64,000 nucleotides of DNA from Anthoceros angustus. Lineage: Eukaryota; Plantae; Anthocerotophyta. The notes under the pieces were generated by a model, which was given only the letters and a program-made list of their open reading frames with translations, made no database searches and was not told where the DNA came from. Shown here one piece after another: positions 48,930 to 60,532 of this stretch (position 1 is the stretch's first letter; the number at the start of each line of letters is the position of its first letter). The stretch lies in NCBI GenBank assembly GCA_010909165.1, contig MU008189.1:496001-560000 (forward strand), written 5' to 3'. Made by a program: the position numbers and the translations under genes.

Positions 48930-51608
48930 ATGGCGAACGGGGACCTGAATGAAGCCAGCACCAGTCGAGAGTGCACGAAGCTGCGGGTAGCAGGTGCATG
49001 GTCAGGGGTGGTTGAGGTATCTTTGGATGCGTGGACTGTGGCGGACCTGAGGACGGAGTTGGCCAGGATCACGGGATTCCCCGCTCCCTCCATCAATCTC
49101 ATCTGCGGAGGGAAGACGCTCAAGGATGAGGGGGGCTCGCCCGCCGGCCTGCGTTGCCTCAGGGAGGTTGGGCTGGGTGTCAATTCGAAGCTGCTCATGA
49201 CCAGAATTGGTTTGGAGCAGGCTAAGGTAATTAACGCTGCGCATGAACGCTCCGAGAGGCTCCGGAGAATCAAGTACGTATTGCGGAGTCGTGGTCTGAG
49301 CTTGGGCTTGTTTGTGGACTTCTGGCGATACCTGTCCGTTTTGCTCATCAGCTTTTGACTCGCATTCTAGGGCAGCCGTGGATGCTATGTCGAACGCAGA
49401 TTTGCCCGACTACGACTTGGAGCTTGAGAATCAGGATGGGCAGGAGATGAAGTTCAAGTCTGAGGACGACAGGAAGTGCGTGCTTTTGTTTCCACGTTTG
49501 TCGCACTGGTATGTTGTAGGCAATGCTGGGCACTGACTCGTGGATATTCCTGGTGTGTCAGAGCCTTGATAATGGGACTCATGCTGCATGCTAAAGCCCG
49601 CAATCTGGTTCAAGAAGAACAATTCGTCGAGGCCCTTGAGGTTCTCAGTATGGCTGAGGTATGACTTCGGTTCGTTTTCAAGAATCTGAGGCTTACGGCT
49701 TGAGGCTTTGGATGGTTGTGGTTAGATGGTATTTAAGCGACGGCGTTGGGCATGTACAGGAAGCTTTCTCACTTTGCGACCGCAAAATACTCGAGGTGAG
49801 AATTGTGCTTCTTCAGCCTGGCTGTTCGTGTATCTGAAGACAGTCGCTGGTTTCGTGGAACTGAATTTGTGCTGTACGTTTGACTCTGCAGGCTGTTGAC
49901 AATGTCGCACTGGTGCAGATTGACACAGTCTGGTGTTTATTCAGGTTACATAATATTGAGAGACTAGCTGTTGCAAAAGAGCGCCTTGCCCTAGCTCGGG
50001 CTGGATTGTCTCGTGCACATGGTCCTAATTTGGAAAGGTTAAGGGTGCTTCAAGGAGGGTTTTCACCAGAGCTGGCCTTGTGAGTTTCGCTCCTTATTGA
50101 CCCATACGCTCATCGTAAAGAGTTTGGTTTTTGCATCGAAGGAGTTTTGGTTTTTGCATCGATATGTAATTTGCAGTACGATTGATGTGTTGCAGATATG
50201 TTCGTCTGGAGCTGTTGGAAGGTATTGTTGCATATCACACTGGACAAACACAGTCTGCCCGCCGGTCGTTGCTTGCTGCTCAGAGCAAGTTTCAGCAGGT
50301 AGTTCAGAACATCTCTCGCAGATCTGTTATTATTGGAAGGGTGCATGTTCTGACTTTGCTATTTGAACCAATGTCCTTCATCTGATTTCAGCTACAAGTG
50401 TCTGATGAATCTGTTGCCACCCTGGCTGCAATGGGATTCACCTTGAAAGAGAGTCGCAGAGCTCTACGAGTTTCAGGTCAAGATGTAGGCAAAGCTGTAG
50501 ATTTTGTTATGGAAGAGAAGCGGAAGAGCGATGCGAAGAGGGAGGAGGATAGGGTTAGGGCACAAAGTCGGAGGTGAATCCAAGCCAAAAAACTGGAGTG
50601 CTCTTTCACACTTTGTAGGACATGGTGCTGGAAGTCTGAAGAGCAATCTCTGCTGTTGGTAAATTAGCATATGCAACAAGTTGTGACTTGCTGTTGAATG
50701 GTTGTGCTGTTTTAGGGAACAGCGGAAATATGGGAAGACAGTGGCCGGGAAATGGGTGGACATGACAGTGCTTGCAGAATTACAGTCCTTTGGGTATGTT
50801 CTGCCACACAGCATCTGCTATTGCCCTGTCACTACTTGCATTTCTTTTTGGTTTAGTGGACTGCTTCTGTCTTATTGTTTTTTGCTCAGCACATAGTTGT
50901 TTGTCAACTTCACAGCTATGAGAGGAAACTTGCAGCTGAAGCTTTGAAGCAAGGTAACAATGACAGAGAGGTGGCACTGGACATTTTGGCAAATCCCACC
51001 ACACGTACTGCCTTGCAGGTTTGTGAGACTTTTGTGAGACTGGGTTCCTTTTGTCTCACCACCCATTTTGCTGAGATACACGCTGTTTTGCAGGCATCCC
51101 TGAAAAGGCGTCGGCGTAACTCTATAGATCAAGCTGCAGTAGCTGAGCTGATGGCAATGGGGTTTGATTTGGGAGATGGTAAGACATTTAAGACATCAAA
51201 ACATGGCCATTTCCATTTTCCGTGTGTTCACTGACTGCTAGAGACTCGTCGGATGTGCCTGTGCCAGTTACTCGGGTCCTAAGATATGTAGGAGATACCG
51301 CGGAAGCCCTTGAGGTCCTGCTGCGGAGACAAGAATCAGCATTACGTCCTAGCTCTCCTGCAACTGCTGCTGGGGGTTCGTCAGGTGTAAATGATACAAA
51401 TACGGATACAGGCGAAGATACAGCTGTGGAAGATGGAAGCCAACCAGATGACACTGCTCCTCGGGACGAAGAGATGGAAGAGGACATTGCAAGAAACATA
51501 ACTGGGGATCCCTTGGCAGAGTATGACATAGAATTAGGAAGAGAGGGGGAGGCGATTGCTGAATATTTGACTTTCTTAGACAGCGCTGCTGGTACGGACA
51601 ACTCGTAG
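48930..51608 (+). CDS. NUB1: NEDD8 ultimate buster 1 homolog (UBL + UBA domains), multi-exon
   Basis: KLRVAGAWSG...INLICGGKTLKD (UBL), LELENQDG, ALIMGLMLHAKA, DNVALVQIDTVWC, LRVLQGGFSPELAL, RLELLEGIVAYH, UBA repeats (AMGF), C-terminal GDPLAEYDIEL..EGEAIAEYL. Confidence 0.9.
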
Positions 51609-51744
51609 GCTGTCTCATGGTGGTTGCCCAATTTTTTCAGTAGGGATGAGGACTTCGGGTGGTATATAGTCACCCTGTCTCCTTTAGCAAACGGCGACTA
51701 GGTACTTCACGGCCATTTTGATACGAGGGCTTCCAATGCTCTCG

Positions 51745-52816
51745 TCAATTCGAAGGTGTAATAGAGCGCACGTGGGAGGTGTCATTCATCTTCAGAACTG
51801 TCCACCCAGTAATAGTTGAATGTCTCAGAATTGTCACAGACGAGTTGTCTATCGACAGGTTGCCCGTAATGTACTGGTGAGATCCAAGCAGTCCTCGTAA
51901 CAGACAGATCATTGCAAAGCCGTGAGTTACCACCGCAATGCGCAAGGGCTGGATACCGAATGGAGCTCGAAGAAGCTGTGCCTCCGCGGCCACACTCTCG
52001 GATGTACGGACTGGCTTCTCGCCGGGCTCTGACAGAAACTCCTGGCTCTGTTCACAACGGGTCGTTTCAGCCTCGTCGCCGTTTACATCAGCAGATGATC
52101 CCTGCAAACACCGTTCAGAGTTGAAAACTCGTACCACATCAGTGAAGCGGTAAGAAACAGCATATTCCGGCAAAGCTCAAGAATCACCTGCAGCCCCTCC
52201 GCCTGTGAGTCCCAGCTCGTAGTGCGGTTTACTCTGACCCCACAGTAGCTTTGCTTCAGAACAACGTCTTTTACAAACTCCACCATGCGAAACCTTGCCT
52301 CACGCTGTGATTCCCCACCTGGAGCATAAAAATCCTGCCCCATAGATCGCATGCTCCTCAGGACTGCCGGGGTATAGACCTCTTTGCGCACCTGCCCTTC
52401 CCACTCCCCTTGTGACAGCTCCTCCAATGACTCCGAGAAATTGATGCGCTCTGCCGGAAAATTCAGCTCCTGTTTCTTGGGAGGCAGTCAGACGAAGTGC
52501 TTGCCCTACTGGACACCTACTGGAAGCAACACACCCTGAGCAGCTAAGCAGCGATCGCATTCACGAGAGCGGATCACGTGACCCATACCTGGCACATGGT
52601 GATGGCAGTGTCCTTGGCACGCTCCAGAGGAGAAGCGAAAACATGGTCGAATTGGACCCCTAGGCTGCACAGCGACTGCCCCAGAGCTTTGGCCTGCAGC
52701 TTTCCCAAGGGCGTGAGGCCCGCCCAAGGAGATCTCCCCCCCACCAACTCCGGCTTCACATTCATTGTACTCTGAGCATGCCTGATGAGGTAAACATCCC
52801 TGATCTCCTCCTCCAT
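51745..52816 (-). CDS. Histidine phosphatase / phosphoglycerate mutase-like protein, multi-exon
   Basis: VYLIRHAQS..N, LTPLGKLQA, SPLERA, ELSQGEWEG, PGGES, VVTHG, IDNSSVT, NDTSH. Confidence 0.9.
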
Positions 52817-53325
52817 CGCAGCGCCTCGTTCACCACAAACTTAGGAGTACAAAGATATGTTCCCCCACTGAAGACGGCAAGGGAGAGAGGTTTCAACAAT
52901 CCTTCATTCTCCCGGCTCCGTTGCAGCCATTCTCCTCCTCCTACTTATCTCCTTCGAGAGCCTCGATCACTCACACAGTGTTCGTCCACCTTCGGTGCTG
53001 CTCGGTAATGCAGCACACAGAGCTTGGGAACGGAGAGCCGGACAGTGCAGGCTGCAGACTGCGACCGAACTGGCGAGGATCTCCATACTCGATTCACTGT
53101 TCCAGAGTGGAAAGTGTTTAAAGTTCAACTTCTTGCAATCTTTAACAAATGAGCCAAAGGCACAATTGGCTGTAAGTGCAAACAACCATGACAGTCTTAA
53201 GTGATGGGTCACTTAAGTGACCGATCGTCAAAGTGGAAGGTCCTACTTTTTGAGCTGATGGCTCAGGCTCAGGCTCAGATCAGAAGGCCAGAGTTCAAGA
53301 AGCGGCTATGGTCCACAGGCCTCGC

Positions 53326-54696
53326 TCATCCTTTGTAGTAGTGAGTTGGCACGAAGGGCATTTTCGTGACCACTGCCTCATTGACCTTGCCTCTGACGTT
53401 CACCTTGAGAGCAGTACCATTCTTGTGATTGCCGGAGGCTACATAGCCCATTGCGATGTTCTTTTTCAAGCAAGGGCTGAACCCTCCACTGGTAACCTCT
53501 CCCACCACTTTGCCTGATGCATCCAGGATTTCACTGTGGCCTCGTGCAGGCGCACCACCTGAGACAAGCCCCACCCTTCTTCTGGGTGGTCCATCTTTCA
53601 GTTGCTGCAAGATGACCTCGGCTCCCAGGAATCCACCCTCTGCACGCCTTCTCTTCCCAACAGTCCACGCCAGCCCAGCCTCGATGGGTGTGATGTGCTG
53701 TTCCAGGTCATTGCCATACAGACAGAGTCCAGCCTCCAGTCTCAAACTGTCACGGGCACCCAGACCTGTGAGACGAACGTTGCCCTCGGACTTTTCCAAA
53801 ATCGCTTTTGCCAAATCTACAGCATCTTCATGTGGTACAGAGATCTCAAAACCATCCTCTCCAGTGTACCTACACAGGAAACATATGCAGAAAGTGAGCA
53901 CATCATGCCATTCCCAAGAAAAGTGGGGAATACCTAGCACAGCAGATCCATCTATATGTACCCAAGACACACCATTGATCAAGGTACAAATCACATACCC
54001 CGTTCTGGTTACGAAGCAGGAGGAACCGTTCACATTGAGGATCTTGAAATCGCTGAAATAGAACTTGCTCAAGTCCTCTTTGACAAGAGTCTGCAACACT
54101 GATCCAGCCAACGGCCCCTGCAAAGCCAGCAGAGACCTCTCGTCATGGATGTGCCACCCCACGTTCTTTCCGGCATGCTTGAAGGGGGCTATGTGCTTCT
54201 CGATATGAGCCAAATCCTTCTCTCTGCACCCCGCATTCACCACCAGATAGATGTGCTCGTCGTTAACCTTGGTGATCACCGTGTCATCAATCACTCCTCC
54301 TTTCTCATTAGTGAAAACGGACAAGGTCCCTGTACCTGGTGCAAGGTCAGCAATGTCCCCCACCACAAGCGTCTCCAAGAACGGAATAACATCAGTCCCC
54401 TTCATAGAAAGACCGCACATATGAGACACGTCAAACAGGGACCCGTTGGTCCGGCAATTGACGGTGGAATCAATGATGGAGTCCTTGTATTGAATTGGCA
54501 TGCTCCAGCCAGCAAAGGGCACCATCTTGCCGCCATGCTCTACGTGGAAGTCGTGAAGAGACGTCTTTTTCAGCTCCGGCACATCCTTCACAGCCGACGC
54601 CTCCGCATAGGTCCGGCGGGGGACTTGCTGCGAGGCTTGGGAATGAGAAGCACGGCGGAGCGCAGCTTGCAGTAGCTGCCTTCCAGCCCGGTTCAT
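53326..54696 (-). CDS. GDCST: Glycine cleavage system T protein (aminomethyltransferase), mitochondrial; exons 54696-53999 and 53869-53326
   Basis: Mitochondrial presequence [15 protein letters not shown]; [34 protein letters not shown]|[45 protein letters not shown]. Confidence 0.96.
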   Translation of the reverse strand: MNRAGRQLLQAALRRASHSQASQQVPRRTYAEASAVKDVPELKKTSLHDFHVEHGGKMVPFAGWSMPIQYKDSIIDSTVNCRTNGSLFDVSHMCGLSMKGTDVIPFLETLVVGDIADLAPGTGTLSVFTNEKGGVIDDTVITKVNDEHIYLVVNAGCREKDLAHIEKHIAPFKHAGKNVGWHIHDERSLLALQGPLAGSVLQTLVKEDLSKFYFSDFKILNVNGSSCFVTRTGYVICTLINGVSWVHIDGSAVLGIPHFSWEWHDVLTFCICFLCRYTGEDGFEISVPHEDAVDLAKAILEKSEGNVRLTGLGARDSLRLEAGLCLYGNDLEQHITPIEAGLAWTVGKRRRAEGGFLGAEVILQQLKDGPPRRRVGLVSGGAPARGHSEILDASGKVVGEVTSGGFSPCLKKNIAMGYVASGNHKNGTALKVNVRGKVNEAVVTKMPFVPTHYYKG

Positions 54697-55102
54697 GGTG
54701 GCAAGGCTTCGTAGGCTAAGGGCACAAGCAGGACCCCGGCTGAACAATGCAGGCAACAAAGCGAAAGCAATGCAGCGCACCCCGGGCTACTACCCTTCTC
54801 CCTCACAGACCTCTGCGATCTGGCGGTGTACTCTCCAAACCTGCAAGGAGAAAAGGAGATGGCATCAAGTCCAAGAAATTCGCAAGGCAAGGGACACTGC
54901 CTGAATGGATCCAACACTTGCACAATTTTTCACATCTCTCCGCGATTCGATTCCAGGTCCAGCCACAACCTGCGGAAGAAGGGCATCCACGGAGACGTTA
55001 CAAGGCGAGCTCAAAGAGGTGCCATCTTCGCGACTGGCGCTCTAGCCAGAACTACTCGATCGCGGCATCCACTTCCGCGGGTTTTAGACAACGAACACAC
55101 TA

Positions 55103-55144
55103 ACCATAGGTCAGTATGTGGCGTCCACCATAGGTCAGTATGTG
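55103..55144. repeat. 18-bp direct repeat with 24-bp period upstream of GDC-T
   Basis: accataggtcagtatgtg at 55103-55120 and 55127-55144. Confidence 0.85.
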
Positions 55145-55466
55145 ACGCGTCCAGGCCTATCCCCATCCCCTTTGCAAGTTGCCCGAACGAACGGTCAGCA
55201 ACCCCGTTTGTTATGGGCCGGTGCTTTGTAGTCAGAGACATCCTGTGGTCCTCCCGGCAAGCGTACTACACAAATGACAAGCTCAATTGACAAGGGGAAT
55301 TCGTTACGTGCGTGTGCCCAGCACAAAATGCCACTGCCTGCCTAATGACTCGGCATTTTGGCCGTGATCACGGACAGCGTGTCCAATAAGTTACCCTACT
55401 GTCTTGGCAAGCGCCGTAACTGTCACTGACGTTTACTAGTCTGGAAACATCTCTCTGGACAGAATT

Positions 55467-57096
55467 TTATGCCGGTAGATGTAGCCGCTCATTGTTTCTC
55501 CAACTGCCAGCAAAGCCCCAGTCCCATCATCAGAAATATTCAACACAATTTAGTTGAAATATGTACCTAGGTAGCATAGTTGTCTGTCCTGTAAACTAGC
55601 TGAGATAGAATCAGACTCCGGACACCAGAAACAAGAAGAAACAAGTAACTCTGGGAAGTCCTGACTAAGATCTAATTAGAAATGGCGCAAAGGCTTGTAA
55701 AACTAGCCTTGAAGAACTAGCTAAAGGCACACTACTAGCCAACAAGTCCTCCAGCAAAAATGATTCCAAAGATCGCATTCCCAGAATTCCAAAAGAAAAT
55801 AAAGAAGCATGGTCAAAGCTAATGTGGAATCCGGCAAGATGATAGTAAAGCAGGAGAGATTGCTGACCTCTTGAGGTAGTAGTAGAAAAAATCGGCGTAA
55901 AGAAGTGTCTGCACAATGCCGGATACCCAGGCTGCACACCCAAGAGAGAGCTAAATCAAAAGAAGAACCAAACAAACGCCAGGCTGGCTCACTCGTGAAT
56001 ATACAAAACAGAACACAAGAATTGTGCAGAGACTTACTTATCCACTGCACGTAATGTGGCTCTGTGAATGCCCTGTAAATCCAGTTGATAATATACAGTA
56101 GCCGATACCCGCTGCATGACGTACAGAACACGCAAAATGATGACTTACCTTTCCCACAGAGCTTTAAGATTTCAGGAGCATGCAAAAACCCCTCCCACTA
56201 ACAGCTCCCTTGGCAGACTTGGGACTACACAGACTGAGCAAAGCTTAGACTTACCCAAGAAGAAATACGTAGTTCCCCGTAAGATTATCCACATTCTTCG
56301 TTCTTTGCAGCAAAACCAGCTGAGGAACGATGGCTACAGCCTCCAGGTAGAGCGAAAAGGTCCAGAGCACCTAGGAGGGAGAACACAATCACACAAGATT
56401 CAAGATGATAAACTTCTGTAAACGCTTCATATCAAGGGCGAGAAGAGGGAAGGGAAGGAGAGCAAATCCCCACCCCACTCTCCCCCCACCCAATACCCAG
56501 ACGCTCCTCCCAGCTCCAAGCAAACAGCAGAAAGCTTCGCGAGCTCACCTCGAAGAAGGTGAACTTGTGGTTGATCAACAAGGCCAGGACAGCGCACGGG
56601 GCAACAAGAAGATAATGCTTGAACGTATCATGTTCTTTGTCATAAGATTTCTTCACAATTCTGTGGCGTCTCATACACCAGACTATAGAAAAGGAGCTGC
56701 CGAGGAAAATCAGCTTCATCAATGAGTTGTAGAACGAGATGTATGTGGTAAAAATATCGAGGTAACGAGTGGCAAAAACAAGGAAGTAAAGCTCCTGCGT
56801 CTTCAACGAGATTCCTGCAAAACCCACAGCTCCCACCATCACCACAAGCCCCCTCCCGAACCTCATTTGCCACCGAAACCTAATCACATTTCCAGCCCCG
56901 GTCCCGCACCCAACCTAATACCACGGCATAACGGATCGAAGGGATCCCCAGCCCCGTCAGCCAAAACCTAATCCATACTTCACAAAGCAGCAAGGATCAC
57001 CAGACCTGCACACGACTTGATGGTGTAGATCTTGAGCAGCAACACCAAGACGCTGAAGAGATGCGTCAAGTCCCCGGCTAGCCTGAAGATATTCAT
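55467..57096 (-). CDS. ERD2: ER lumen protein-retaining (K/HDEL) receptor, multi-exon
   Basis: MNIFRLAGDLTHLFSVLVLLLKI...SCAGISLKTQELY..VFATRYLDIF, SYDKEHDTF, YRLLYIINWIYR, final SWRNNERLHLPA*. Confidence 0.96.
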
Positions 57097-57629
57097 GTTG
57101 GGCGTCCTAAAAGCCCCTCCTGTGCCGAAATAAAGAGTAGCTGGCAGCTCAGCTCCAGATCCTGAACCCGACGAGCAGACTCACCATGTCAGTCTGCTGA
57201 TCCCGGCGCCGCTGGGTGCTCCCAGGCTATGGCAATTTCCCATGCATCCTCGCCTCCCACATTCCTTCCAGGCTGGCGTTTGCACCAGCTTCAACCCAAA
57301 GCGAGTTTCACACTCGACTTGGCAAGCAGAAGCGGTGGTAAGAAAGAAGGCAGAAATGCAGAAAGAAACGACGCTGCGTACCGCGTGTCAACAGCCCTGA
57401 AAACCGTACTCTTTATTGGTTCATTGTCTGTTATTAAGCACATATTTCTTCTTATTCGTCACACAATCAATCATGTTGTCGCAGGAGCCAAGCAGTCTGA
57501 AAGAGCCAAACGCGATAATACGGAAGAACAAACACTCGATAATAGTAGGTGAAACAAAATCCATAGTTAACAGAAATGCCTTGAGAGTCAAAGCATAATA
57601 CATATGTACGTATGTAGAATAAATAGAGT

Positions 57630-59226
57630 AGACTTTATTAATAGACGAGATGGAAAATCCCATCTACCCCTTAAGTCCTAGGAGGAACAACCCAAAAAGG
57701 ACTAATGGTAAAAAGAGGAAGTCCTAGTCCCCTCGAACCTTTCCCATAACTACCTACTGCACCAATGATATCGTGATCAGGGATGATGAAGGGCCTACCT
57801 GCCACCGGTGCTAAAGAAGCCGCTAGTCGTGCACACGTAGCCGTCCTATAAACAGCATTAGCCAGTGCTTTCTGTAGAGCTATGGAAACTCGCTAGCGAA
57901 AGAAAGCCACTACAAAGGAAAGGGGGAGGCCTCTCCCATTCCTATGGCTATGATAGGCTTTTGCACACTACTTAATTAACCTAGAGAAGTCCTTGCTGCC
58001 CAGCCCGGGGGGTTGATGGTGACGTGCTCGCATATGAAGTCTCTCGTGGAATCTGTGACAACCACATCAGCGATGTAAATTTTCTCCCCCCTGGTATAAA
58101 AAAGGTCCGCCTTGAGTGACACGCCATTACGCAATGTATATGGGCGCTCCGGAGCCTGTATTGAAAAAATCCGCTCTCCTTAGGTATCAAAAATATGATG
58201 TCGCAAACGACGTCATGCGTAGCAATACGTTGCTCCCCCACGGGACAATGCGCCAAATGGGACCCGACGTCATCGATGGCAGCTCCACAACTGCACGTGG
58301 AAAGAGAAAAGGCTAGAGGATGAGCCAAACCGAGGTGGACCCTCATCGCGGTCGAAAAAGACGCTGGTGCGATTCGGAACGCCTAAATGCAAGGCTGAGC
58401 CAGAAGCCAGGAGCCTGCCCCCTTCCCCAAACAGGAACGTAGGCGAGCTCGCAACGACCTGTAAATGGAGGAGTCCAGAAGGAGGGCCCTTTGCACCTGA
58501 AAATATTGCTTCTCCTGGAGAGAGGCTTGAAGGCCACGCATCCCTTCCCTAGAGAAAGAGGAAAAAGGAGGCATGGCTTCCCTAGCCTCTGGGAAATGGA
58601 GTCCCTAGCCCACCTCACAGAGACCTACAAGGGGAAGGCCCCCTCCTCATCACTCGAGACGAAGGTTTCTAGAGGGGGGAGTCCTGCATTAAAAACCGAG
58701 AGGCCAAAATTGGGGCAGAGAGGGCCCAACTCCCGAGGAAGGCCGCCGGAGCCAAGGCCTCCATGGCCAGCAAACCAGTGCCTCCGAAGGCTACTGCAAA
58801 TGATGCGTATTTCCGCGCCAAGTCACCGTCGGTGCATTCGAAGCTGTTGGGGCCTATGATGTCCCCAAGTGCATAAGTTGCCTATCAAAATTTCTCAAGC
58901 TTGATAAGAAGGCCGGGGATGGAGCAACTGTCCTGGTAAGATAACCTGGTCGACGCACGAAGCAGGAAGACAAAATACCAAACGCAACCTAAGGGTCCCC
59001 AATTTGTGAAAGATGTCCAATCTGAGCCACATCGCTCTTGCGGAGAAATAATATCCCCCTGGATAGTGAAGAGGGGGTGGATTGCCGGAAGGGGACCACA
59101 CCCGCACTTATCGACCTTAACCCTTAATCCCATATGGGAGAGCTCTAAGGAGAATAGATCAAAGGCAGCCCACACCTTTCCCCCTAGCCTAAGGATATGG
59201 GTATCATCAGCGACAGATGGGAAAAG
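57630..59226 (-). mobile_element. CRE-like non-LTR retrotransposon, 3' part (RT C-terminus, CCHC finger, restriction-like endonuclease), decayed
   Basis: RT motif FPSVADDTHI...AF......MGLRVKVDKC; GAGSWL; CSCG...GSHLAHC (CCHC); ATHDVV.DI; ADVVVTD. Frameshifted. Confidence 0.8.
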
Positions 59227-59395
59227 TGTTAGAGAAGATTTGGGTTAATCTACACTCGATGTACATGGGGTAGAACGTTTAAGGGTTAGATAGTGAAAGG
59301 TCACTTGTTAAATACATTTAAAAGCAGTTTTGACACTATTCTTAATTCAATCAGTTATTTGTTTTTCCTCCTTCGCTCCGCTCTGGACTTTCTTA

Positions 59396-59408
59396 TGGTA
59401 TCAGAGCC
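59396..59408 (+). promoter_or_regulatory. Primer binding site, initiator tRNA-Met
   Basis: TGGTATCAGAGCC, the canonical plant tRNAiMet PBS. Confidence 0.9.
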
Positions 59409-59440
59409 TAAGCTCTGCCTTTGTGCAACCCTCTGCTGCC

Positions 59441-60238
59441 ATGCCGAGACGGGATAATGCTCGTAAGGGGGCTAGTCGAGTCGGAACATTTGCTAGCGGC
59501 CAATTAGAAACTTCTTTCCTGGGGCCCCGACAACTCAGGTTCGACGAGACAGCAATAGACCTCTACGAAGCCAATTATCCCGAACTCTGGCTACGGCAAT
59601 TTGAAGAGAAGCACTCTGGGCGACGAGGACCACGTCTGCACCTTGGCAAGTATCACGAAATCGACACTCTCTATCGGGACCGTTGTAGGAGGCGAGGCCA
59701 GAATCCGGATTTGTTTTACAAGCGCCCGGATTTACCACCTCTGCCTTCATTCCTGCCATCCAGACCATCCTCAACACCGCGCGAAGCAAGTAGCTATCTT
59801 GCGGAAAACAGAGCAATTGATCAGAATTTGCAGAGTACCTCAGATCTGACCCTTGCGGCTGTAACCCGACTCGAGAATACTTTGTCTCGCGTGTTGCTTA
59901 ACCAGGAGCTTCCCACAACTAAGGAGGTTGAAGTCTCCCATACTCTTCCGAGCTGCGCGGTGGAGATTGCTCGAGCATCAAGGGGCGTGGGCGATTTCCT
60001 ACGGCTGCATCAACCTCGATTGCGGAAGCAGCGGTGGATGCTCTTAATCCCCATCCACAAGGCGGGACACGGCTTCGCAGCCGGCTTCGCTGCCGGAGCA
60101 TGGGCGCAGCGGATGGATGCCGCTGGCGCTGATTCAAGGCGTCGCGATCTAGAGCGACGCCTCTTCGCGATTTCAGAGTCAGGCAGGCACGAAGAGTTTG
60201 CACCTCCGCATGCACCCTTTCACACGAACTGGGCATGA
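59441..60238 (+). CDS. Extra ORF (265 aa) between PBS and gag, unknown function
   Basis: ATG in GCCATGC context about 30 nt after the PBS; open for 798 nt; no gag motifs. Confidence 0.6.
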   Translation: MPRRDNARKGASRVGTFASGQLETSFLGPRQLRFDETAIDLYEANYPELWLRQFEEKHSGRRGPRLHLGKYHEIDTLYRDRCRRRGQNPDLFYKRPDLPPLPSFLPSRPSSTPREASSYLAENRAIDQNLQSTSDLTLAAVTRLENTLSRVLLNQELPTTKEVEVSHTLPSCAVEIARASRGVGDFLRLHQPRLRKQRWMLLIPIHKAGHGFAAGFAAGAWAQRMDAAGADSRRRDLERRLFAISESGRHEEFAPPHAPFHTNWA

Positions 60239-60532
60239 CAGTTAGAATTTGAGTTTGACAAATGTCAGACCTGGCGTTTTGCATCTTGAGCGAAGTGTCG
60301 CCAGCCTGGGGGTCAGTTTGATGAAGAGGTAGCACGGGAAGGATCAGACACAAGCATACCTACTTCCCCCTCGAGCAACCATCTTGTTCAAACTACTCCC
60401 CGCATGTTAGATCTAATACTAACCTTTCGGTCCTAGCTTGGTTGTTCGAGTCACGCAACTAGACATGCTTCTGAGTGCAGACTTACCTCAGAACTTAAAC
60501 GTCATTCCTTTCATTTTCTCCCAGTAACTTGC

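Noticed and set aside
53207-53222. Perfect 16-bp palindrome GGTCACTTAAGTGACC
   Set aside because: Isolated and loopless, with no context to support a function.
54697-54780. N-terminal extension of GDC-T in the ORF track
   Set aside because: Begins at a non-ATG codon; the ATG at 54696 already gives a typical mitochondrial presequence.
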